From Epithemia pelagica (taxonomy: Eukaryota; Protista; Bacillariophyta), in the NCBI GenBank assembly GCA_946965045.2, contig OX337242.1:1922001-1986000 (forward strand): a stretch of 64,000 bases of DNA, read 5' to 3'. The notes beneath the pieces were generated by a model. That model was not told the origin of the DNA, ran no database searches, and saw nothing but the letters and a program-made list of their open reading frames with translations. Below, piece by piece: positions 1 to 10,507 of this stretch. Made by a program: the position numbers and the translations under genes. Within the stretch, counting starts at the first letter, position 1, and each line of letters starts with the position of its first letter.

Positions 1-419
1 AATATTCAGAACCGGCATTCGGAAGTAGAAGATTCGACCGACAAGAGACGAGTACCATCTTACCATCGTTATTCCACAACAGAACAAATGAACCAATGGG
101 CCGACCAAGTCTCATTTGGAGCAACGCGTCATCAACAATAACAAACAAGTCCAATACATAGAGAAACGGGATCCTATGGCATCCCATAACTGTCGTCGTC
201 TAAACATTCTGACAGGCAAGAACGGGCTGGACGACGATACATAGGAGACCAAGATGCAACAAGATCGCAAAAGATCTCCAATCTACTTTATCCAACGGCC
301 GATGATCCAACGGATCACAGCCATCGCTACGAGTAGAAGTAAAGACTAAGCACACAACTTAACTTTGTTTTACACGGGTTGAGCTCGTTCTTGTTGCCCA
401 CGGTAGCAGGAAAACAACA
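1..419 (+). repeat. 5' LTR (about the first 45 bp lie outside the window)
   Basis: Matches 5576-5999 apart from a 5-bp indel; identity ends at AAAACAACA (419/5999). Confidence 0.93.
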
Positions 420-434
420 CGCTTCCTCTGCGCT
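418..434 (+). promoter_or_regulatory. Putative primer-binding site complementary to the D-arm of initiator tRNA-Met
   Basis: CACGCTTCCTCTGCGC (418-433) reverse-complements to GCGCAGAGGAAGCGTG, versus GCGCAGCGGAAGCGTG in plant/vertebrate tRNA-iMet (15/16, from recalled sequence). It abuts the LTR end. Confidence 0.55.
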
Positions 435-469
435 GTTACAGCTAAAACGTTGTCAATTCATCATCCACC

Positions 470-1726
470 ATGGCCGCAAATTTTGCCCTTTCACCCGCTC
501 ATGCCAACGCCAATCAAGTGATCAACTTCACGACGGCAGGAGGAGCGAAGTTTTACAAGCAAGCGATTCGTGGATTGTACGATAGTGGAGATCTCTACGA
601 CCTTGAAGCCGACGGACTCAAGACGTTCCTTGATACTCTCCAAGACAGGATCGTTGAACAAAACTGGACTTCGATCTTTGCAATTCCAGAAGCGATCGCT
701 GCCCCCGCCGCCAATCTTCGTTTGCTCACCAGCGAGTACGGTCGTGTCTCCTTGCAACAAGTCCGTGCCTATGTTGAACACTTCAATGGAGCCAATCGTC
801 AGACACAGAATGCATACATGGCATACACTTGCATTATGGCATCACTTACCGACGACGCCAAGGCACAGGTCAATATTCGACGCGAAGACTTCACTATCGA
901 TGGGCGTGGTTCCGGACCCCTTCTCCTCAAGGTTTTGATCTCGTTGGCACATGTGGACACCGAAGCCACCGTTATGGTTCTACGCCAACGCCTGGCTGAC
1001 CTTCACATCTATATTATGGATGTGAACGCGGACATCGCCAAGTTTAACTTCTATGTAGACGAGACGCTTCGGGCTCTCAACGCGTGCGGCGAGCAGACGC
1101 TCGACCTTCTACCGAATCTATTTAAGGCGTACGAAACCGTGAACGACGATAACTTTCTCGAGTTCATTCGTCGCAAGAAGAACGCATATGAAGAAGGAGA
1201 CAATCCAGGACTGACCCCGCGTCAACTAATGAGCGTTGCTCGCACCAAGTACCAGACGCTCGTGGAGCAGAAGAAATGGCAAGCTCTCTCGGCGCGCGAC
1301 CAGAAATTGATCGCACTTGAAGCATCCGTGAATAAACTCAAGGAACAGAAACGCAAGACTAACCCCACTGACCAGAAGAAACAGACAAGCAAAGGGAAGA
1401 CGGACAAGGCAACTGACAACGATAAGGCCTGGCTTACGGTGGGACCAAAGAGTGGTCAGTCCGAGACGAAGGAAGTCAACGGAAAAATGTGGTACTGGTG
1501 CAAGTGGCACGGAAAGTGGTCGACCAACAAAAACCACACGTCCGCAACGTGTAACGGACGTGGTCTGACAGGAGATAAGAAACGGGCCTACGACGCAGCC
1601 CACGAGAACAGCGATGATACCACGTCTGAGAACACGGGAACGAACCCAGGACTCCGCCTTGCTAGCGCCTTAGCCGGTGCTACCCACGATGAAGACGATG
1701 ACAGCGACAACAGCACCGACGAATGA
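470..1726 (+). CDS. gag: Gag of the copia element (418 aa)
   Basis: First long ORF after the LTR; C-terminal WYWCKWHGKW...H...C knuckle-like motif and acidic tail. Confidence 0.85.
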   Translation: MAANFALSPAHANANQVINFTTAGGAKFYKQAIRGLYDSGDLYDLEADGLKTFLDTLQDRIVEQNWTSIFAIPEAIAAPAANLRLLTSEYGRVSLQQVRAYVEHFNGANRQTQNAYMAYTCIMASLTDDAKAQVNIRREDFTIDGRGSGPLLLKVLISLAHVDTEATVMVLRQRLADLHIYIMDVNADIAKFNFYVDETLRALNACGEQTLDLLPNLFKAYETVNDDNFLEFIRRKKNAYEEGDNPGLTPRQLMSVARTKYQTLVEQKKWQALSARDQKLIALEASVNKLKEQKRKTNPTDQKKQTSKGKTDKATDNDKAWLTVGPKSGQSETKEVNGKMWYWCKWHGKWSTNKNHTSATCNGRGLTGDKKRAYDAAHENSDDTTSENTGTNPGLRLASALAGATHDEDDDSDNSTDE

Positions 1727-2911
1727 CAACCAAACCCGGGATGGTTCCCCGGGCTGCACGACGTGATCAAGCAGCTCGTTTACACAGTATTAGTGACGAT
1801 CCTTTTATCAAGTTACACTATGCTGTGCTACGGGCTATGGTGTCCTAGGTGCTACCACCTGGAGTCAGTCCTAGACTACGTCCAAAGGCTATGCGACTCC
1901 ATAGCGACCTCTCTCGCGACCAAAATCAAAGTGAAGAAGAAACGAAGAATCGACCATGGCCGGAGACGACGGAGAACTAACTATACAGGACTCCTCCGGG
2001 CATTATGCATGGCAACGATACTGACTTCGACAACCGGACAAGTTACTCACCGAGCGGCTCACGAAGTTGGCTTTGATACCGACAGCAGGAAAGTCTTGAT
2101 TGACAATTGCGCAACCGCGTCAATTACGAACGACATACAAGACTGCTGCACCAAACCAATCAAAATCAAACGAAAGGTCAAGGGAGTAGCAGGAACATAT
2201 CAACCGGATATATACGAAACGACGATACGATGGGATATCGAGGACGACGACGGCAAGATCCATACGATCACGCTCCCAAGGTCCTTCTACATCCCATCGA
2301 CTCCAACCAAACTGCTTTCGCCCCAACATTGGGCACAAACAGCGAAAGATATCAAACCCTTGCCGAGAGGAACACGATGCGTGACATATAGCAACGCTAT
2401 TGAATTGATTTGGGGGCAAGGACTCTTCAAACGGACGATTCCATTGAAACAACGAGGTTCAAATGTGGGTGAGTTTACGACTGCCCCAGGATACACAAAA
2501 TACGAAGCGTTTTGCAAAAAGGCAGGCACAACAATCCAACAAGAGGACAACAAGCCCTTGCTGGTCAACAACGCAAACCTCATTGAAGACGACGACGAAT
2601 CCATCATGGAACGGTCTCCATCAACAATGGACCAAGATGAGGGAGACGACTGGAGCATCGACGAAAATCACAAGAATCTCGACGACGAACAAAATGAACA
2701 TTATTTTCCAACAAGAGATGTACCGATGACTACCGAGTTCCTCATAGACCCCAGCGATACCGTACATGTGATTCCTAATGAAGAAGAGGTACTCCCCGAA
2801 AGTCCAACGCTCGAGTTACTCCGAACGCATCATAGAATGGGTCACCTGTCGATGGCGAAAATCCAAAGCCTTGCACGACAGGGAGGACTCCCAAAGCGAC
2901 TTGCAAACTGC
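1727..2911 (+). CDS. pol: Pol N-terminal part: hydrophobic linker, aspartic protease and GAG-pre-integrase region; in frame with gag after one TGA
   Basis: Protease motif VLIDNCAT; first half of the integrase HHCC finger (HHRMGH...LANC). Same frame as gag (470 and 1763 are congruent mod 3) with no stop between 1727 and 1763. Confidence 0.85.
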
Positions 2912-3456
2912 TTCCCGGAATTTATTGTCGGCAAAGATGCCGTTATCGGCATGATAATGTCGGATCTTGACTCCGTGAGTGTCTGCCCAAGCTTCAAACC
3001 GTTCTTTAGCTTCGATCGTGTCTTTAGCTGATGTACTCCGTTGAAGGTGTACATAGCCTACCCCTGAGAAGTGGTCGACGAAAACCGTAGCCACCCTATA
3101 TCTGTCCCGTGTGGGAGTCCCTCGTAGATGCGCAATGTAACCCGGAGTCTTTGATATCATTTGGTCGACCGATACACATTGTCCCGGTGACGTCATGGTA
3201 TCTAGTGTTCCACGATGACCTTTGATTCGCCAGGGACGTCGCGTAGCTTTCCCGTACATACACGCCGTACAGACCGGGATCTTACGCGGACTGCGTAGGG
3301 CCATAGGTTTGTCGTCACTGTACTAGGCCAGCGTCGTTGGGCGTGTATCAGCATTGTTCTTCCTGATTCTTGTAGTTCTCTTATACGTCGTTCGGCCATG
3401 CCACTTTGAAAATGAGCATTAACCCCACTAAAAGTTAATCGTTGATTCTTATCCCT
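2912..3456 (-). pseudogene. Integrase core present as two separately inverted fragments; downstream part apparently deleted
   Basis: Minus-strand ORFs read KIPVCTACMYGK...VSVDQ...ADNGIFADNKFREAV (about 3283-2906) and RDKNQRLTFSGVNAHFQSGMAERRIRE...LWPYAVR (about 3456-3286). Plus strand resumes at GLTSPQFHV (about 3463). Confidence 0.85.
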
Positions 3457-3460
3457 TTCT

Positions 3461-5503
3461 TCCGGATTGACGTCACCTCAATTTCATGTTCAATACGATG
3501 ACCAATTTGAAACCATACGCAAGAGTTTTGGAGAGGCCCAACCAATATCTCAATGGCAGTATAAGGCAGGGTTCACAAAAACCAAGCCACGCATGAGGGA
3601 GAATCAATCACGCGTGGAATTCGGAAGTACAACGACGTCATCCCGACGTGAGACCGACGTTACGATACCCGAAGACAGGGACCAAACTAGCAATGCTAAC
3701 CCGCCAATGGAAGAACGAGAAACTATGCCAGAGCATGAGGGAGCTAGGCGGTCCCAACGTACTCCTCGTCGAACGCAACGATATCAAGACTACTTGACTT
3801 CGCTCCAAGAACCCGAAGACGCGATCGGAGAAGTAGCTATCACAGTGAAACCAACTGTGACAGTCAATACGGCTCAAGCTAACAGCAATCCAGATGTTAT
3901 GTACTGGCATGAAGCGATGAAACAAGAGGATCGAGCGGAATTCATAAAGGCAGCACAGAAAGAGGTACAAGATCATAGCGATAATGGGCTATGGGAGGTG
4001 GTCAAGCGAAAGGACATTCCAAAAGGAGCGCTAATCTCTCGAGGAGTGTGGAGTTGCGTCCGAAAGAGAAGACTAAAAACTAGAGAAGTCTACAAATGGA
4101 AATCCAGGTTGGCATACGATGGATCCATGCAAGAAAAGGGGGTTAACTATTGGGAAACCTACGCTCCCGTGATTCAATGGCCCGTCGTCAGATTCATCCT
4201 AACTATGGCACTCACACAAGGATGGCACATCAAACAGGTAGATTATGTGCTGGCATATACACAAGCAGTCGCCGAGACTGATATGTACATGGAAGCGCCG
4301 AAAAGTTTCACCTTCGATACAAAAGGAAACCAGCGAGCAGAGGACTATGTCCTCAAGATCAAGCAAAATTACTATGGGCAGAAGCAGGGTGCCCGAGTAT
4401 GGAATCAACACCTCGTGGAACGACTTAAGCAAGTCGGTTTCCAACAAAGTGCACACGACGAGTGCCTCTTTTACCATGGTAAATGCGTATACATTTTGTA
4501 TACGGACGATTCCTTATTGTTGGGTCCCGACAAAGAAGAACTTGACCGGTTGATTGTTACAATGGAGAATAGTGGTCTGAAAATGACCTATGAAGACGGA
4601 GTCAACGATTTTCTTGGGGTCAACATCGACAGAAAAGAAGATGGCACCATCCACTTGACTCAACCACATTTAATTGACTCAATCCTCCAAGACCTTCACC
4701 TTGCCGCCGAATCAACAAAGAAGAAGGAAACACCGGCACCAACCACAGTACGCTTGAGACAAGACCAAGACGGGAAAGCATTTGATCACCATTTCCATTA
4801 CAGGTCGGCGATCGGGAAACTCAACTTCCTGGAAAAGAGCACGAGACCAGATATTAGTTTTGCCGTCCACCAATGTGCTAGATTTTGCGAAAACCCAAAA
4901 GCAATTCATGGGAAAGCAGTCAAACACATAGCACGTTACCTCGCCGGAACACGAAAGCAAGGAGTGATACTCAAACCCGACACCACGAAATCTTTCCAAG
5001 TATTCGCCGACGCGGATTTTGCAGGAAATTTTAACAAGCTCGACCACCCAAATAAGGACATGGCTCGGTCTCGAACGGGATTTGTGGTCTTCTATGCAGG
5101 TTGCCCCATCCTCTGGCAATCAAAACTGCAGTCAGAGATAGCTTTATCAACCACAGAAGCAGAGATCATCAGTTTGTCGCACGCACTACGTACCGTCATT
5201 CCGTTGATGGCCATCACTCGCGAGATGAAGGATTTCGGATTCCCTATTCTCTCTACGACGCCCAATATACACTGCAAGGCCTTTGAAGATAACAGTGGTG
5301 CAGTCGAACTCGCAACTATATACAAGTACAGACCCAGAACACGGTATCTGTGCACCAAGTTGTTCCATTTCAAATCTTTTGTGGAACGAAAAGAGATCGA
5401 GATTCACCCGTGCGCGACAGACGATCAGACCGCGGATATCTTCACTAAATCACTCAACGAATCATCGTTCGAGAAACATCGCAAGAGTATACAAAGATGG
5501 TAA
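3461..5503 (+). CDS. pol: Pol C-terminal part: integrase tail, reverse transcriptase and RNase H
   Basis: YWHEAM, WKSRLAYDG, YGQKQG and YTDD (RT); ADADFAG, TTEAE, EDNSGA and ADIFTK (RNase H). ORF is uninterrupted. Confidence 0.93.
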   Translation, partial: SGLTSPQFHVQYDDQFETIRKSFGEAQPISQWQYKAGFTKTKPRMRENQSRVEFGSTTTSSRRETDVTIPEDRDQTSNANPPMEERETMPEHEGARRSQRTPRRTQRYQDYLTSLQEPEDAIGEVAITVKPTVTVNTAQANSNPDVMYWHEAMKQEDRAEFIKAAQKEVQDHSDNGLWEVVKRKDIPKGALISRGVWSCVRKRRLKTREVYKWKSRLAYDGSMQEKGVNYWETYAPVIQWPVVRFILTMALTQGWHIKQVDYVLAYTQAVAETDMYMEAPKSFTFDTKGNQRAEDYVLKIKQNYYGQKQGARVWNQHLVERLKQVGFQQSAHDECLFYHGKCVYILYTDDSLLLGPDKEELDRLIVTMENSGLKMTYEDGVNDFLGVNIDRKEDGTIHLTQPHLIDSILQDLHLAAESTKKKETPAPTTVRLRQDQDGKAFDHHFHYRSAIGKLNFLEKSTRPDISFAVHQCARFCENPKAIHGKAVKHIARYLAGTRKQGVILKPDTTKSFQVFADADFAGNFNKLDHPNKDMARSRTGFVVFYAGCPILWQSKLQSEIALSTTEAEIISLSHALRTVIPLMAITREMKDFGFPILSTTPNIHCKAFEDNSGAVELATIYKYRPRTRYLCTKLFHFKSFVERKEIEIHPCATDDQTADIFTKSLNESSFEKHRKSIQRW

Positions 5504-5520
5504 CATCGACTCTACTCGGC

Positions 5521-5530
5521 CGAGAGGGAG
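5521..5530 (+). promoter_or_regulatory. Polypurine tract
   Basis: CGAGAGGGAG directly before the TG that starts the 3' LTR. Confidence 0.8.
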
Positions 5531-5999
5531 TGTTCAAAATAATGAGATATGGTCAGTGAATGAAGAAGTGCGACCAATATTCAGAACCGGCATTCGGAAG
5601 TAGAAGATTCGACCGACAAGAGACGAGTACCATCTTACCATCGTTATTCCACAACAGAACAAATGAACCAATGGGCCGACCAAGTCTCATTTGGAGCAAC
5701 GCGTCATCAACAATAACGGCCCAAACAAGTCCAATACATAGAGAAACGGGATCCTATGGCATCCCATAACTGTCGTCGTCTAAACATTCTGACAGGCAAG
5801 AACGGGCTGGACGACGATACATAGGAGACCAAGATGCAACAAGATCGCAAAAGATCTCCAATCTACTTTATCCAACGGCCGATGATCCAACGGATCACAG
5901 CCATCGCTACGAGTAGAAGTAAAGACTAAGCACACAACTTAACTTTGTTTTACACGGGTTGAGCTCGTTCTTGTTGCCCACGGTAGCAGGAAAACAACA
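5531..5999 (+). repeat. 3' LTR (469 bp, TG...CA)
   Basis: Starts TGTTCA after the PPT, ends ACAACA; matches the window start. Confidence 0.93.
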
Positions 6000-8840
6000 T
6001 AGGGCTCGTTCTCCGGAATTGGAATGGGTAGATCGAGCATGGGCCGAGATGACAGAGGTAAAGGAAAACACATTGGGATAACAATCGTATTCCCCGCGTT
6101 CGGCCAATTCCACCATTTGTTGTAAACATCGCTCTGCTTGTTTGGCTTCATGGCTCCCACTTGGCAAGGCTTGTTTCTTGGATACATCCCGAAACATTGA
6201 TTTCGTCCAGGAATCAATCACGGCATTAAAATCCATTGTGGTGGGTTTCCGATCCACCCGGCCATTTTCCACATGATCGATCCAGTCATGAAAGACGTTG
6301 GTTGTCATGGTTGGGTCTCCTTGCTTGGACCATGATTGCAAACGCATGGCACAGGCATCGGCCAGAAATTCGCGAGACACGGGCTTGCCGGCATCCAAGT
6401 CATGTTGCAGGCCTTGAAACAAACGTTCCACATGAGTGTGACCATTTGTGTGTTTCAACCAGGCACCCATTAATTTGCAGCATATGGAATCCTTTCGTGG
6501 CCCACCATGGTCTTTGTTATTGTCGTCGTCGTCATGGAGTTGGGTATAGAGATCCGTGGCTTGTTGCAAAATGTCGACATCATGATAGGTTCTTCGCACG
6601 TAGGCATTTAGTAGAGAATTGTGACATCGATCGTCGGGTTGAATTTCCATGTCTGCCATGGAATCGTATACCTTTCGGGCTTTGGTCGCACCGTGTTTGT
6701 CCTTGGATTCTCCCCAGGCTCGAATCACAAAATTGAAAATCTGCAGCAAGGAGATGTCAAAAGGAAAAGCAGATTCATCCATCCGATTCCACCATCAGAA
6801 TCGATATGTCAAGTTACGGAACAACCTACAATCCGTATACTAATGAGAACTTACTTGTGGTAGACTGTTCATGGTCGGATTGTCACTCAATGTCACATTC
6901 TCTTGTTTGACTCGTCGACACAAATGATCTAGAATGACTTGACAACGACCGGGGTCCTTGGCACTTTTCCATGCCTGAATCACACGAACATAGCTTTCTC
7001 CATTCGGCTTGGGTAACCCAGTATTTGAGTTGGTCTCTTCCATCCAATGCACTATACGTTCCGCCAACAAGGCTCCTTTGAAGGATGGTGAAAGGCCAGT
7101 CAATCCTTGAAGCAGCAGATTCATGGATTCAATAGTCAAGGGTTTCTCTGGATTCGACTGGGCGTCGACCATTTGCTGAAAACGGACCACCGCTTGTTCC
7201 ATGTGGCTGGCATTAGCTCCCTGTTTCAGGTCCTGCACAAGGCGCTGCAACGCCTCGAAAACAATTCCTCCTTGTTCCTCTGGAGTGCGTTCCACCACTG
7301 GTCGCCTTGCAGTTCGAGGAGTGATGGTTGGTGGGGGTTTGGAGGACGGTGGTGGTGGTGGTGGTAGTGGTGAAGAATTTCCTAGTCTTTGTTTGTTTGT
7401 CACTCTCGCTTGTTGTACGTACGTGTTGTTGTCGGGTGTTTTCACCAGTGACTCCACATGGTGCCGTAATTGCCGCAAGGAGGAGATCTGTGCGCCACGA
7501 TCATTGGTGTTTTGGTAGGCTGCCTCCATGAGTTCAAACATACGGACGGTCGGTTTCCATCGACTGTCTCGTGTGGCCATAAATGACTCGCATACTTCGT
7601 CTACAATGGATCTTGCCAAATGCAGGACTTGGTCGGAGGGTGATTGTGTACCAAAGGACTCGACCAAGGCCCCAAGAACCCTTTCCGCATGCCTTGCGTC
7701 ATAGCGCAACAACGTAGTCGCGATGGATTGTTGTTGTTGTCCTCTCATTTGTTGGTAGAGTTCCAACATGCGAAGTTCACTGTCTCTTGTTTTACCATAC
7801 AGTTCAATCATGTCACAATACAAATCAGGGCTGGGTCGATATTCCTCTGGTTGGGATGCAAATTGGTTCACATGAATGGATTGAAAGTATCGTTCCGCAT
7901 CTGAAATCACGGTATTGGCCGACGATGGATCCATCTCTAATCGTTTACGGCAAAGCTGGAGCAGTTTCTTTATCAGTGGTCCATTGGGGCGATATCTTGT
8001 ATCGGCCTGGTCCATCAAATATTGAAATACTTCGTCTGCTCTCCCATAAAGGTTGTGACTATTCATGTTGATCATTCCCTGTACAATATGCAGATATGCA
8101 TTGGCATACGGAGGTGCCACCAAACCCATGTGAAGATATCGATTCACTTTCTCGAGGATGGACAAGGGTCGCAAATGCTCGAATGTGACAGTCGTCGGAG
8201 TCCTGTCAGGAGGACTGCCCTTCTCATATCCATCCTTCTTGACGGATGTTCCGCTTGTTTCCCTCACAGAATTCATGTATATTGCCCACAATACCAGGAT
8301 TGGATCCAACGTGGAGTGATATGGCAAGGCTTGGTATCCTCCCGTGACCAAGCTTTCGGCGTCATGCACCTCCCATTCTTTTGCAAGACGATCCAAGATC
8401 CATAACCACTCTTCCAATAAGTCTCCCTTCACAATGTCCTTCTTACCACCTGCTTCCTTGGACAGATAATCCCGTGCGTTTACAAAATCATGAGGACCCA
8501 ACGATCCCACCTCGAACGATTGCAGGCGATCTTGGAGCAGCTCATAGACCCAAGATTCGCCGTCATTTTCAAAAAGGGGTGGTGGCAAGGTTTCGTCTGC
8601 CATATTTTCTTCAGTATTTTCAATGGCTACAGCTGGGTTTAGATCTCCTGGTCTGTCGTGTCTTGTCCGTTTAGGCTTTCGGCGGTCCTTTGTCAAACTG
8701 TTGCTTGTATGGGGATTTACAGAGGGCGATTCGTCACTGTATTTTGTGGATCCCGAGACAGGCAAGAAGAATACAGTTAATTTTGCTCCTGGTGTGGCTG
8801 TAATGCATCTCGGGGCGATTCCATATGCTGCCTTACCCAT
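6000..8840 (-). pseudogene. Partial duplicate of the PPR gene at 20092-23595; exon 2 broken by the copia element, 5' end replaced
   Basis: 6000-8736 aligns to 20545-23281 at a constant offset of 14545, including the same intron (6854-6741). Confidence 0.9.
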
Positions 8841-9003
8841 TACAAGCGGCGAGCGGTCGAACTTGGTGCTGTGGCTCTACGGACGAGGTGGACGCCGCAG
8901 CGGATCTCGGATTTATGGCCCTGATCAGCAGTTGAGCCCATCAGAGCGTTGGCAAAAGCCCAAAAAATCACAGTTCCCAAAGGATACTTGGGCGCCGTTT
9001 TAG
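8737..9003 (+). pseudogene. 3' remnant of a 2OG-Fe(II) oxygenase-like (OGFOD2/P4H-type) gene
   Basis: SLYF...GVAVMHLGAIPYAALPITSGERSNLVLW resembles the family's C-terminal H-x-A-x-PITSG-x-R-x-NL motif. The expected His is Tyr (TAT) and there is no 5' part. Confidence 0.6.
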
Positions 9004-9163
9004 CCGACACATTCATTCTCATCAGAAGCAGGCGTTTTAGATGTTGACAAGAACGCGTCAGAGTACTGCTATAATTGAATCTATAAATATATCATCTTTC
9101 GATAGGAGCAATGTGCTGTATGGTCATCAAGTATGGCTCTGTTGGTTGGCGAACATGTTCTAA

Positions 9164-10507
9164 CTAGTCAAAAAATCCATCCAACACTTGCCCGAATTTA
9201 CCGAGAAGTTTCTTGAAATCAAATGACTCATCAATTTCCATTTCTTCCATTTCCCCGTTGGGCTTAAAAAGATAGGGAAGATCAAGGATAGTTCCAGAAT
9301 GGCAGCAGTCGTAGAGGCAAACCAAACTGCAGCCTTCGGGCAAAGGCTTGATGACAATTTCCAATAGGTCATCATCGCGGACCAGTCCTGCAGTATTGTA
9401 GTCAACAGGGACAAGAGCCTCATCAAATCCGTCGTCCTCTTCTCCGATATCGTCATCGTGGATCTTGCATCCGTGTCCTGGAAAAGAATACGTTAGAGAG
9501 GAAATTAACTTTCACACCAACAAAGGTTGCCGAAATCACAGCTGATCTCTGCAAAGCATACCTGAATAATGACAGAAAAGACTATCACCTGGTTGCGCCT
9601 CGGCAACAATTTTCTTGTACGCATTGATAATGTTTTCCTTGGTTGGAGGTTCGTGTTCTCCGTCGTCCAACAAAATCGTAATATTCTCGTCTTGGAAACC
9701 GTGAACGTCCTTGATGTACTTCACCATGTTGATTACATCTGCCAGTATAGAAAAACTTGTGAGATTGGACTTTGCTCCATAACATTGAAGCCTGGAACTC
9801 ATGTCGAAATGTGTTTCATACCGTTGTGACATCCAGAGAGAACACCAGCATCGTGTCCAACGTAATTGATACCAATAAGAAGGGCTCTGTTGGTTCCAGT
9901 TGCGTCATCCGGGACAAGATCGAACTTTGTGTTGATGTCAATGGGTTTGGACGCTGAGAGCTGTGGGATCTGAGAAAAGCCACGAGCCTCTAAATCGTCA
10001 CGCATCTGAGATAAAAGTAGGAGAGCAATCAGCAGTGGTTAGATTTGTCATTGGTACCGGGTTACCTCTTTTGAAATTGGACAACACACCTTGGTCAAAA
10101 CCTCCACAAAGCTATAATCATCTTCTGGAGTCTTTTCATCTTTGTAGAGAATGTTGAGAAGCGTTGACGTACAGGCTCCTCCGGCACGGCCCTTTTGTAG
10201 CAAGGCAAGGAAGAAAAAGTGAGAATCTACCTAATTTGGTGGATTCCATGGCCCGATCCACGAACGTGCACTTACTGCTGGATCAGGCAAGCAAAACCCC
10301 GAAACATTCGACACATCGGCTGAAGTTTGAGCGTCTAGAAAAAACGAAACATGCAACTCAGGTAAGCGAAAGTCCACGCACAAATGACGATTTCAATGCC
10401 TCGAGCGTCGTACCTTCACAACCCGAGATCATGCGGACATCGGCCTTTAGAGCCGTAGGCTTCTTGTCTTCAAAAACGGCCTTTAGCGACTTTTTCAGGA
10501 ATCCCAT
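9164..10507 (-). CDS. Type III metacaspase (p10 before p20), multi-exon
   Basis: Spliced reading [17 protein letters not shown]...GGACT...QIPQLS (p10) precedes RALLIGINY...HYSGHG...YDCCHSG (p20, His/Cys dyad intact). GT-AG introns separate the ORF-track fragments. Confidence 0.9.

Larger units (their letters stand above)
1..5999 (+). mobile_element. Ty1/copia LTR retrotransposon (diatom CoDi-like); 5' LTR cut by the window edge; integrase scrambled
   Basis: Direct repeats 1-419 and 5576-5999. Domain order gag, PR, IN, RT, RNase H is the copia order. PPT at 5521-5530; 3' LTR runs TG...CA. Confidence 0.95.

Noticed and set aside
2816-3399. Minus-strand ORFs inside the copia element as an antisense gene
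   Set aside because: They are the inverted pieces of the element's own integrase.
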